The position numbers were made by a program, and so were the translations under genes. Shown in pieces: positions 8,281-16,019 of a stretch of DNA of 32,000 nt. The notes under the pieces were generated by a model that ran no database searches, was not told the DNA's origin, and worked only from the letters and a program-made list of their open reading frames with translations. This stretch comes from Pyrinomonadaceae bacterium (GTDB lineage Bacteria > Acidobacteriota > Blastocatellia > Pyrinomonadales > Pyrinomonadaceae): positions 113,887-145,886 of the forward strand of contig DATEPE010000033.1 of assembly GCA_035273385.1 (NCBI GenBank), read 5' to 3'. Each line of letters begins with the position of its first letter. Within the stretch, counting starts at the first letter, position 1.

Positions 8281-8439
8281 GAGGCGAAACTCTATTTTTG
8301 CTTTTGAAGGCAGCGTCAACCTCGGGGTTAAACTAAAAACTTTAAAACTTTGCAATGTCCTTAAGTGCTGCTTATTGATTGCTCTTCTGATACGGACCTT
8401 GACGCTCCCTCCAAAACCAGAAAAGGGTGTTTACTCGTA

Positions 8440-8470
8440 GGCCCTCCCCTGACCCCTCCCAGAGGGAGGG
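8440..8470 (+). repeat. GC-rich hairpin repeat, type 1
   Basis: The sequence is 'ggccctcccctgacccctcccagagggaggg'. With the inverted copy at 8247..8280 it brackets a ~159-bp AT-rich spacer. Confidence 0.75.
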
Positions 8471-8518
8471 AAACTTTCTTCCCTCTAGCGGGCATAAGAA
8501 ACAAATCACAATTCACGG

Positions 8519-8929
8519 CTACTCCCCAGCGTCAATGCCTTTTTTCACTTCGCCGATCGCGTCGTTTACAAATCGGAGGGCGTTGTTGCGGTGTCCGCCT
8601 TTGTCAGTACTGGCGTTTTCCAGATTGCTTTTTGCACTGCGGAGATGATCGAGGGCTCTTTGCATATTCGGCTGGTCTGGACTAAGTACCGGGTGATGAT
8701 GCCTGCGATCAAATCTGATTCCGGCGTTGATTTCTGAAATGGCCGAGTTGATCAGGCCAATCGCTTTTGCTCGATGTCCACCTTTGTTGCGCATCGCGTT
8801 TTGCAGCTGGGCCTTGGCCTTGTTCAGGTCGGCTCGCGCCGCAGTCATTCTCGGTTGGTCGGGGTACGCGGTGACGGCCGTGACTAAAACCAAAAATAAA
8901 ACGCCGAAGACGCGTGTTCTATTCAGCAT
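8519..8929 (-). CDS. small secreted protein with internal tandem duplication (two 'KGGHR' helical repeats)
   Basis: AAGGAG lies 11 nt upstream of the ATG. The signal peptide is MLNRTRVFGVLFLVLVTAVTA. Repeat 1 is 'PRMTAARADLNKAKAQLQNAMRNKGGHRAKAIGLINSAISEINAGI'. Repeat 2 is 'PNMQRALDHLRSAKSNLENASTDKGGHRNNALRFVNDAIGEVKKGI'. Confidence 0.7.
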   Translation of the reverse strand: MLNRTRVFGVLFLVLVTAVTAYPDQPRMTAARADLNKAKAQLQNAMRNKGGHRAKAIGLINSAISEINAGIRFDRRHHHPVLSPDQPNMQRALDHLRSAKSNLENASTDKGGHRNNALRFVNDAIGEVKKGIDAGE

Positions 8930-9047
8930 AAGAGTAGGGGCTCCTTTACTTGAATTTGATTGGAAAACTGCCGAGCGGTTTTATCGAAAGCGGCGTGATT
9001 TTACAACGCGCTGATGAGGCCAACAAGGATCTCGATGATCGGAGGAG

Positions 9048-9470
9048 TCAGTTATGTCCCTCGCTGGGTTGCGTAAGGCTGAACCAGTTTCCGGAGTTGT
9101 CCTTGAAAACGGCTTCGATTCCATAGGGTCGCTCGGCGGGTTCGGAAACGAACTCAACGCCCTTGCTCTTTAACTCTTCGTAAGTGCCGCGGCAGTCGTC
9201 TGTGTTGAAGACGCCGGCGCCGAGTACACCTTTCGCCATGATCGCCCGGAGTTGTTTGGAAGTTTCCTCGTCCATCAACATGCCTGGCTTTGGTTCCATC
9301 AAAATAATTTCAAAATCAGGTTCGTCTTTTACGTGCATCGTTAACCAGCGGAAGTCCGGACCCACCATCGCGTCGGTGTGAACTTCAAACCCTAACTTGT
9401 CTCTGTAAAAGTTCAGTGCTTCGTCCTGATTGTTAACGAAAATTGTGGCATGGGACATTTTCCGAATCAT
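9048..9470 (-). CDS. VOC family (glyoxalase/bleomycin-resistance/dioxygenase fold) protein
   Basis: 'MSHATIFVNNQDEALNFYRDKLGFEV' and 'ERPYGIEAVFKDNSGNWFSL' are typical of VOC-fold proteins. AGGAG lies 7 nt upstream of ATG 9470. Confidence 0.8.
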   Translation of the reverse strand: MIRKMSHATIFVNNQDEALNFYRDKLGFEVHTDAMVGPDFRWLTMHVKDEPDFEIILMEPKPGMLMDEETSKQLRAIMAKGVLGAGVFNTDDCRGTYEELKSKGVEFVSEPAERPYGIEAVFKDNSGNWFSLTQPSEGHN

Positions 9471-9564
9471 ATAGGCGCTCCTGAAATGGGATTTAGCTGG
9501 AAAGAAATGTAGACGATCCGAAGCTTTAATGGCTTCTCCGAAATTGCTATCCGGTGGTCAACTG

Positions 9565-9600
9565 AAAACGATCCGCGAACTTCACGAATCAACATGAAAT
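9565..9600 (+). repeat. REP-like element, right-arm-only remnant
   Basis: 'aaaacgatccgcgaacttcacgaatcaacatgaaat' matches the A-run plus right arm of the 14670..14750 element. I found no convincing left arm upstream. Confidence 0.5.
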
Positions 9601-9624
9601 TAGCGGGTCGAGGCTATTTGCTCG

Positions 9625-10065
9625 TTAGATCTGGGCGTCTTCTAACTTATACATAACCAGAAAACAGCCAGGTACCTGGCGTCGCGCTGATTCACTTTTG
9701 CGGGCCTGCTCGCGATACGTAATCGGCGGATGTCCGACCGTCTTATGAAACAGGCTGCTGAACGAACCGAGGCTTTGGAACCCCACTTCGAAGCATACGT
9801 CGGTGACGCTGAGCTGTTTCCCGCGCAAGAGCTCTTTGGCCTTCTCAATGCGACGTTCGACCAAATACTGGTGTGGCGTTTTAGCGAAGGTTTGCCGGAA
9901 CAGGCGAAGAAAGTGATAACGAGAGAAGCACGCTTTGCTGGAAATCTCGTCGAGGTTTAGCGGAAGGTCGTAACAAACGTCGATAAAGTTCCGCGCTCGA
10001 CAAAGCCTCTCATAAACGTCGGAGGATGGAGGGATAATCTTCTTCTTTTGAACAGCAGTGCTCAT
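9625..10065 (-). CDS. small AraC-family (MarA/SoxS-like, HTH-only) transcriptional regulator
   Basis: The dual HTH region reads 'LDEISSKACFSRYHFLRLFRQTFAKTPHQYLVERRIEKAKELL...SVTDVCFEVGFQSLGSFSSLFHKTVGHPP'. I chose ATG 10065 (MSTAVQKKK...) because the longer ORF to 10110 would overlap the upstream gene. Confidence 0.8.
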   Translation of the reverse strand: MSTAVQKKKIIPPSSDVYERLCRARNFIDVCYDLPLNLDEISSKACFSRYHFLRLFRQTFAKTPHQYLVERRIEKAKELLRGKQLSVTDVCFEVGFQSLGSFSSLFHKTVGHPPITYREQARKSESARRQVPGCFLVMYKLEDAQI

Positions 10066-10075
10066 CCTGGATCTT

Positions 10076-11149
10076 TCATGGACTTCGGACCATACCGGGA
10101 ACGGCCACAATTTGAGTACTAGTGACTACGGAAAAGCCATGCGTAATCGTTCCCTTGAACTTTACTGCCTGACCGTTGACCACCAACGGCCGCAGCGTTG
10201 CGCTCAGTGCCGCTCGCTCGGAAGCGCCCTTGAACAGTGGATCACCCACCACCATTTGCGCCTTACTGACCTGCCCCGTTTCGTCGACTTCGACGGCTAG
10301 GATCAAAGTTATGCTCCCCATAAAGCGACCTTTTGCCGCATTGGGAAATACTGGATGCGGGTTATTGATCAACCTGCAATCGAAGCTTGCCTGGCTCAGA
10401 ATCAGAGGCTCGTTCTTCCTCGCCGCATCTGCATAAAGAATAGCGTTCGCGCGCGCCTCTATTTTCTCCGCCTCTGTAGTCTCTTTGTTGCTGTGCAGGA
10501 CGCAGGCCAAACGTTCCATTAACTTTCCAAATTGCACATCGGTCGGGCCATACTTTTTTTCACCTTCCGCGACTAGTTGCCGCAAAATAGGTAGTGCCTT
10601 CCCGTAATCTTTTCTTTTTGTGTAGAACGTTGCGAGTCGATCAAGGGCATCTTTGGTTTCAGCGTGGCCAGCGCCCAAAACGCTTTGCCTGAGCGCGATG
10701 GCGCGCAAGTACAAATCCTCGGCTTCTTTGGGCTTGCGTGCAAACTCTCTTAACAATGCAACGCGATCCAGAGCGTTTGCCACGGATTTCGCGTGAGTTT
10801 TGCCCTCCAACTCATAAATCTTTATTGCTTTTCTGAAGAGAGATTCGGCCTCACCGTAGTGTTGTAACGCCAAATGCAGTTCAGCAAGATTGGATTGTGC
10901 ATCGGCTATGCGCGCATCGTTAGGGTGAAGCGCTTTCTCGCGAATCTTTAAAGCGCGCTTTGCCAAAGGCACCGCCTCTTCAAACTCACTGCGCTTGAAC
11001 AGATCGAACACCTGAGCACTTAACCTGTCGGCTTCGGCGAGTTCGCTTGCGGCTGGGTTCTGAAAGTGGGCCGCATCAAAGATAGCGAGGGGCGCGCGCG
11101 CGCCGGACAGACAGAAAATTGCGCAAAGCAGCGTTACCTGAAGCATCAT
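10076..11149 (-). CDS. secreted TPR-repeat protein with C-terminal TonB_C-like domain
   Basis: The signal peptide is MMLQVTLLCAIFCLSGARA. The ATGs are at 11149 and 11146; the track uses GTG 11164. Several TPR_10/12-like repeats are present ('AESLFRKAIKIYE', 'AEDLYLRAIALRQ'). The C-terminus 'PVFPNAAKGRFMGSITLILAVEVDETGQVSKAQMVVGDPLFKGASERAAL' resembles the TonB C-terminal domain. Confidence 0.65.
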   Translation of the reverse strand: MMLQVTLLCAIFCLSGARAPLAIFDAAHFQNPAASELAEADRLSAQVFDLFKRSEFEEAVPLAKRALKIREKALHPNDARIADAQSNLAELHLALQHYGEAESLFRKAIKIYELEGKTHAKSVANALDRVALLREFARKPKEAEDLYLRAIALRQSVLGAGHAETKDALDRLATFYTKRKDYGKALPILRQLVAEGEKKYGPTDVQFGKLMERLACVLHSNKETTEAEKIEARANAILYADAARKNEPLILSQASFDCRLINNPHPVFPNAAKGRFMGSITLILAVEVDETGQVSKAQMVVGDPLFKGASERAALSATLRPLVVNGQAVKFKGTITHGFSVVTSTQIVAVPGMVRSP

Positions 11150-11381
11150 TCTTAACCAGACCACCTTGAAGAGTGGCCGGCATTATACAACGCCACTTGA
11201 TGCACTGGCTCATAGGGCCCCGTGGCTGCTATCGCTCACCACCTGTCAGCAAAATACTGCGGCGGAAAAACTGGACCGCAATTTTGGTCCATACAATGGT
11301 CGATTTTTCACTGCACTGGGAGGAACGGCAGTTGCCCAGTAGGTTTGGTGATTGAGACGTTTTTCAAGTTAAGGAGCTCTT

Positions 11382-11861
11382 ATGAGATCGAAATTGATTG
11401 CAACATTGATGGTGGCGGCATTCCTGGTTATGCCCGCTCAGATTGCGTTCGCACAGGGGACGATGGGTAATTGGAAGGCCGTGCAGGCCATCCCGGTCAA
11501 CGAACGCGTGATTGTGAAACAGAAAGACGGAAAGACAATTGAGGGCCAAATGATCGAGGCCTCGGAAACCAACCTGACGATCTCGCGCAGTAGTAAGGTA
11601 GTGAACATCTCGCGCGACCAAATACGTCAAGTGGAGCACTCGACAGGCAAAGCTGAAAAAGGTAAGTGGGCGGCGATTGGAACCGGCGTGGGCGCTGCCG
11701 CAGGCGCTGGAATAGGAGCGACTAAGTACAGATCCGATCGTGACGACTACAGCATTTATCCTGTGATGGGCGCCGTCATTGGCGCAGGCGTTGGAGCGGT
11801 TTCGGGTCTGGTATTTGGCGCCAGCCGCCGTCAGCGCGACGTAATCTACTACGCACCGTAA
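11382..11861 (+). CDS. secreted small protein with C-terminal glycine-zipper
   Basis: AAGGAG is at 11371..11376. The signal peptide is MRSKLIATLMVAAFLVMPAQIAFA. The C-terminus has the Gly-zipper sequences 'GTGVGAAAGAGIGA' and 'GAVIGAGVGAVSGLVFG'. Confidence 0.65.
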   Translation: MRSKLIATLMVAAFLVMPAQIAFAQGTMGNWKAVQAIPVNERVIVKQKDGKTIEGQMIEASETNLTISRSSKVVNISRDQIRQVEHSTGKAEKGKWAAIGTGVGAAAGAGIGATKYRSDRDDYSIYPVMGAVIGAGVGAVSGLVFGASRRQRDVIYYAP

Positions 11862-11905
11862 GGCTCACCCCGCGCGCAGAATAGCGGCCGCTGAGTGTTC
11901 GATTG

Positions 11906-11940
11906 GCTTTAGTTTGTCGCCCCACCCGACAAGCTAAAGC
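11906..11940 (+). terminator. 14-bp stem-loop downstream of 11382..11861 (possible terminator or palindromic unit; no U-tract)
   Basis: The stem 'gctttagtttgtcg' (11906..11919) pairs with 'cgacaagctaaagc' (11927..11940) with one G-U pair. The loop is 'ccccacc'. There is no T-run directly after the stem. Confidence 0.3.
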
Positions 11941-12045
11941 ATATCGGACACAACTCTCTTTTTGGTCCGCTAAGAGTTTTCCTTCGTAGCAGTTATAATT
12001 ATCTGTTCACAACACTGCAATTTATTCACGAAGGAAGATAGCGGC

Positions 12046-14067
12046 TTGAATTCCAAGTTACCTGACTCTCTAAAGTTCACCGGACGGATCCTGTTCCTCA
12101 CCGAAGATACTTCTTTGATTCGCCAACAACTGGAAGCGCAGGGCGATGATCGCCAACGCGTCGAGGCTGAACTCGCGGCGCGTTTGGCGAACGACGATCT
12201 GCCGCTGATGAACAACATCTCGACTGACGAAATAACGCCGGGGTGGGTATGTTTCTACTACGATGAAACACTTGGCGAGTATGTTTACGTCGGCATGCGT
12301 GAAGGCGCCGTCAAGAAAGACGAAATTAAAACTGGGGGTTTCGGTGTAGTCGTTTCCGGATTGTCGAAAGGCTGCGGATCTTCGCGAGAAACGGCGCCTT
12401 TTGCAGAGAAGTCCGCCGGCCTTAAACTAGTCATCGCGAAGAGCATCGAAAAGATTTACGGACAGAATTCTCAGAACATAGGCCTGCTGACGTCTACCGA
12501 TCTCGGTCTGGTTGCGCGCATTCGCAGCGGCGAAGAGATTCCTCTGTCGGAATTCACAAACCAGCTCGATCCGATCTCACAACACATCGTCGAACACGGC
12601 GGCTTGTTCAACTACAACAAAGCGCGTCTGGCGGGCGAAGTCACGCCGCCACCAATCGAAACGAAAAGACGCCCGATGACGATCGTGGAAAAGATCGTCG
12701 CGCGTCATACGTTCGTGAAAGCCGGACAAATTGGTGTGGAAGCGGTGAAGCCGGGCGACGCGCTATTTGCAGTTGCCGATGTTCGCTTTTCTCACGAGTA
12801 CGTGACGCCGATGGCCGAATCGTTGTTGAAGCAAGCGCTCGGTTCAGAAGCCAGAGTGACGGAGCCTGAATCGGTCTTTGCGTTCCGGGATCACCTGACG
12901 TTTCTTAGCAAAGTGATGTCGCCAAAACACCGCGAGATGGGATTGCTTGAGAAAGCTGAAGGATTGGCGACCACGCAACAAAGTTTCACAGAGCGACAGG
13001 GAATTCGGCTGTACGGTGAAAACGCTGAAGGCGGTTCCGAAGCGATTTGTCATAACGCCGTGGTCGAGGATCTGGCGCTGCCGGGACAGATAGTGATCGG
13101 AACTGACTCTCACACGTGCATGGCCGGCGTGCTCGGTTGTTTCGCGTTTGGTGTCGGGTCAACTGACATGGCGAATGCCTGGTACACCAAAGACATTCGC
13201 ATCCGCGTACCTGAAACCGTGCGCTACGTATTAAAAGGCAGGAAGCGGAAGGATGTCGCGGCGAAAGATGTGATGCTTTTCATCCTGGCCAGCGAATACA
13301 TGAAGACCAGCAAAGGCATTGGAAAGGTGCTGGAGTTTGCCGGTGAGGACTTGAAGAACTGGTCCATGGACGAACGCGCCACGCTCACCAACATGTCCGT
13401 CGAAGCCGGTGGTACAACCGGAGTCATTGAGCCGGACGAAAAGACGCTTGAATATATTGTTTCCACTCGTGGGTTGGATTCAGATGAAGTTCGTAGAGGG
13501 TTTACCTTCAGCGATCCGGACGCAGAATACGCTGCTGTCTTCGAGGTCAATCTGGATGAGATTCATCCGATGGTAGCGTTGCCGGGCGATCCGCGTAACG
13601 GCATCAACATCGATAGCCTGCAGGAGGAAATACGAATCGACGCGGCGTATGGCGGTTCATGCACCGGCGGCAAGATGGCCGACATGGACATGTATGCCGA
13701 GGTGCTTAAGAACGCTTTGGACCAGGGGAAGCGCGTTGCCGAAGGTGTTCATCTGTACCTGCAGTTTGGGTCGCAGAAAATCAAGCAGTACGCTCGTCAG
13801 AAGGGATACATCGAGATCTTCGAACGCGCTGGTGCGGAATTGATCGACCCGTCGTGCGGAGCTTGCATTAACGCTGGACCGGGTGCCTCACCTAGCGCGG
13901 AAACGGTAACTGTTAGTGCTCAAAACAGAAACTTTCCCGGACGCAGCGGTCCAGGCAAACTTTATCTCGCGTCGCCTTACGTCGTCGCAGCTTCTGCCAT
14001 TGCAGGGAAGATCGTTGAGCCTTATGAGTTCTTGAAAGATCGTAAGAAAGAACTGGTCGGAGCCTAG
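12046..14067 (+). CDS. aconitase-superfamily dehydratase, LeuD-like swivel domain fused N-terminal to LeuC-like catalytic domains
   Basis: The start is TTG with AAGGAAG 9 nt upstream. Residues 1-200 have 'NISTDEITPG' and 'KGCGSSRETAPFAEKSAGLKLVIAKSIEKIYGQNSQNIGLL', matching the LeuD 'GCGSSRE' signature. Residues 211-673 have 'MTIVEKIVARH', 'GTDSHTCMAG', 'GGSCTGG', 'PSCGACIN', 'NRNFPGRSG' and 'YLASPYVVAASAIAG', which include the three Fe-S Cys ligands and LeuC-type motifs. Confidence 0.8.
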   Translation: MNSKLPDSLKFTGRILFLTEDTSLIRQQLEAQGDDRQRVEAELAARLANDDLPLMNNISTDEITPGWVCFYYDETLGEYVYVGMREGAVKKDEIKTGGFGVVVSGLSKGCGSSRETAPFAEKSAGLKLVIAKSIEKIYGQNSQNIGLLTSTDLGLVARIRSGEEIPLSEFTNQLDPISQHIVEHGGLFNYNKARLAGEVTPPPIETKRRPMTIVEKIVARHTFVKAGQIGVEAVKPGDALFAVADVRFSHEYVTPMAESLLKQALGSEARVTEPESVFAFRDHLTFLSKVMSPKHREMGLLEKAEGLATTQQSFTERQGIRLYGENAEGGSEAICHNAVVEDLALPGQIVIGTDSHTCMAGVLGCFAFGVGSTDMANAWYTKDIRIRVPETVRYVLKGRKRKDVAAKDVMLFILASEYMKTSKGIGKVLEFAGEDLKNWSMDERATLTNMSVEAGGTTGVIEPDEKTLEYIVSTRGLDSDEVRRGFTFSDPDAEYAAVFEVNLDEIHPMVALPGDPRNGINIDSLQEEIRIDAAYGGSCTGGKMADMDMYAEVLKNALDQGKRVAEGVHLYLQFGSQKIKQYARQKGYIEIFERAGAELIDPSCGACINAGPGASPSAETVTVSAQNRNFPGRSGPGKLYLASPYVVAASAIAGKIVEPYEFLKDRKKELVGA

Positions 14068-14070
14068 TGC

Positions 14071-14595
14071 TTAAGACAGGCCAATCAGTTTGCCGGAGTT
14101 TTTCGGATCCAGCAGGCTCTTCACAAGTTGGTGCATTCGTGCAAAGTCGATGGGTTTAGTTAAGTAGCCTGAAACACCTGCGTCGTACGCCGCGCGCTGA
14201 AAGCCTTCAGTTCCAAACGCGGTCACCGCAATCACCGGTACATTTTGAAGCGCAGGGTTTTCACGGATCTTCCTGGTCGCACCCAGCCCATCCAGGTTCG
14301 GCATACTAATGTCCATCAGGATCAAGTTTGGCAGCGTGTAGAAAGCGACGCTGATTGCATCCTCACCATCGGTCGCCGTCACCACTCGGTAACCTTGCTG
14401 CTGAAGATCAAGGCTGAGCATTGCGACGTTGTCCGCGGAATCATCCACCACCAGTATCAGCGACGTCGCCGGATCCGGAGCGCTGTTGAGCGGGCCACTC
14501 TCCGGGATGTCCTGTTCGATTGGGTCAATCGAAGGCAGCGACGTTGTAATGAATGGATCTTTCTGCGCCATAGATTTAAAGAGATTATAAAGCAC
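14071..14595 (-). CDS. stand-alone response regulator receiver (CheY-like) with ~50-aa N-terminal extension
   Basis: Receiver motifs are 'LILVVDDSADN', 'LILMDISMPNLDG', 'VIAVTAF' and 'YLTKP'. The start is uncertain: GTG 14595 or ATG 14571. Confidence 0.8.
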   Translation of the reverse strand: MLYNLFKSMAQKDPFITTSLPSIDPIEQDIPESGPLNSAPDPATSLILVVDDSADNVAMLSLDLQQQGYRVVTATDGEDAISVAFYTLPNLILMDISMPNLDGLGATRKIRENPALQNVPVIAVTAFGTEGFQRAAYDAGVSGYLTKPIDFARMHQLVKSLLDPKNSGKLIGLS

Positions 14596-14669
14596 GCAGG
14601 AAGCTACGTCGCGTCGTTAAGCTCGATCGTGACATTTCTAACAAGAAGTTTTACGGGTGCGCGATACGG

Positions 14670-14750
14670 TTCGTGTTATTTCGTGTAATTCGTGGATCGT
14701 TCTTACCCAGCCTAAAAAAACGATCCACGAATTTACACGAAATACACGAA
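14670..14750 (+). repeat. REP-like palindromic element, best-preserved copy (TTCGTG-hexamer family)
   Basis: The left arm is 'ttcgtgttatttcgtgtaattcgtggatcg' (14670..14699). The loop is 'ttcttacccagcctaaaaaaa'. The right arm is 'cgatccacgaatttacacgaaatacacgaa' (14721..14750). Each arm has three TTCGTG(T/G) units at 9-10-bp spacing. Confidence 0.85.
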
Positions 14751-14821
14751 GTTGTTGGTTTGAGGCTGACAGCAGGTAACTATAAACTAGACGTTAACTC
14801 TACATAACCAATAACCGTTGC

Positions 14822-15310
14822 ATGGCGATAAGACCAATAGTTGATTATCCAGCCCAAGTGCTGCTGACACCGGGAGATCCTGTAGTTGATTTCAACGCTG
14901 AGTTGCAAACCCTGGTTCAGGACATGTTTGACACAATGTACGACGCCGAGGGTGTCGGTCTCGCTGCGCAACAGATTGGCGTGCCGCTGCGGCTATTTGT
15001 GATGGATTGCAGTGGAATCAAGTTGGTGGCTGCTAACCCGGAGATAATAAGCGCCGAGGGCGAGCAGGATGGTGATGAAGGATGTCTTTCAGTGCAGAAA
15101 GTTCCGGCGCCGTTGAAACGCCCAGCCACAGCTGTACTCCGTGCTCAGGACATTTCAGGACAAACTTTCGAGCACGAAGCAACTGGCTTAGCGGCGCGCT
15201 GCTTTCTGCATGAAACGGACCACTGCGACGGTCGTTTGTTTATTCATCACCTGAGCCCGTTGCGTCGTGAGATGGTAGTCCGTCGCTTCCGTAAGCTACA
15301 ACGACGATGA
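14822..15310 (+). CDS. def: peptide deformylase
   Basis: All three deformylase motifs are present: 'GVGLAAQQIG', 'EGCLS' and 'HETDHCDG'. The length is 162 aa. Confidence 0.9.
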   Translation: MAIRPIVDYPAQVLLTPGDPVVDFNAELQTLVQDMFDTMYDAEGVGLAAQQIGVPLRLFVMDCSGIKLVAANPEIISAEGEQDGDEGCLSVQKVPAPLKRPATAVLRAQDISGQTFEHEATGLAARCFLHETDHCDGRLFIHHLSPLRREMVVRRFRKLQRR

Positions 15311-15334
15311 GCGAAACAACACGAAAAAACCCAA

Positions 15335-15880
15335 ATGGAGATGAATAAAAGATTCCGAATGCTGATGCTTGGTTTCGCCGTCACTCTTGGCACCGGAGTC
15401 GCGCCGGCGCTTGCTCCTGCACAGGTGAAGGATCCAATTGCCTCCATTCGTCAACAGTACGCGGCAATTAACAAACGTGCGGCGAGGTATAGAAAAGTTA
15501 AGAAGGAGCTGTCCGGCTACTCACTGGAAGGCGGCGAGTTGGCTGCGTATTTCGACGGGCCCGCCATTGTGAAAATTGTGGCGCGGCATTTCGGCGAAAG
15601 TGGAAACACGGTTGAGGAATACTACTACCGTAATGGCCAACTGATATTTGTCTTTGAGAAGGTCTCCCGATACAGCCGCCCCCTCTCCGGCAAAGTGATC
15701 AGCGCGGTTGAGAACCGTTTTTATTTTCAGGACGACGATTTGATTCGTTGGCTCGGGGAAAAGGGCAAAGAGGTTCCTGTGAGTGAAGAGTATCGCTTGA
15801 AAGAAAAAGTGCTACTGGAAAATTCCAACGAATTTGTCAGCGGCGCGCGATCGACGAAGGCTTCAATAGAGGCCCCTTAA
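15335..15880 (+). CDS. secreted hypothetical protein
   Basis: The signal peptide is MEMNKRFRMLMLGFAVTLGTGVAPALAPA. The gene starts 24 nt after def. I recognise no motif. Confidence 0.55.
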   Translation: MEMNKRFRMLMLGFAVTLGTGVAPALAPAQVKDPIASIRQQYAAINKRAARYRKVKKELSGYSLEGGELAAYFDGPAIVKIVARHFGESGNTVEEYYYRNGQLIFVFEKVSRYSRPLSGKVISAVENRFYFQDDDLIRWLGEKGKEVPVSEEYRLKEKVLLENSNEFVSGARSTKASIEAP

Positions 15881-16019
15881 ACGTTTTCTGCGAGAGACTG
15901 AGGCCGGTCGAATCTGCGATAATGAGGCCAAATCAACGCGTGTCTCCCCCAACCCGAATAAGTTTTAGAGTCAAACCCGTTCCGGGTCACCCGGACGCAC
16001 GATAGAGGAGAACTCCGCC

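Noticed and set aside
11961-12045. 'tataat' at 11994..11999 considered as a -10 box for the aconitase-like gene, and a possible leucine-type leader or T-box.
   Set aside because: There is no acceptable -35 hexamer at 16-18 nt spacing. I also see no leader peptide with Leu codon runs and no T-box specifier or antiterminator features.
12676-12678. Internal ATG (Met211) at the domain boundary of the aconitase-like ORF, which would suggest two separate LeuD/LeuC genes.
   Set aside because: No stop codon separates the domains and the frame is continuous, so I call a single fused CDS.
1747-14750. The dispersed TTCGTG palindromes considered as a CRISPR array.
   Set aside because: The copies are kilobases apart and imperfect. 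They lack regularly sized spacers, and no cas genes are present.
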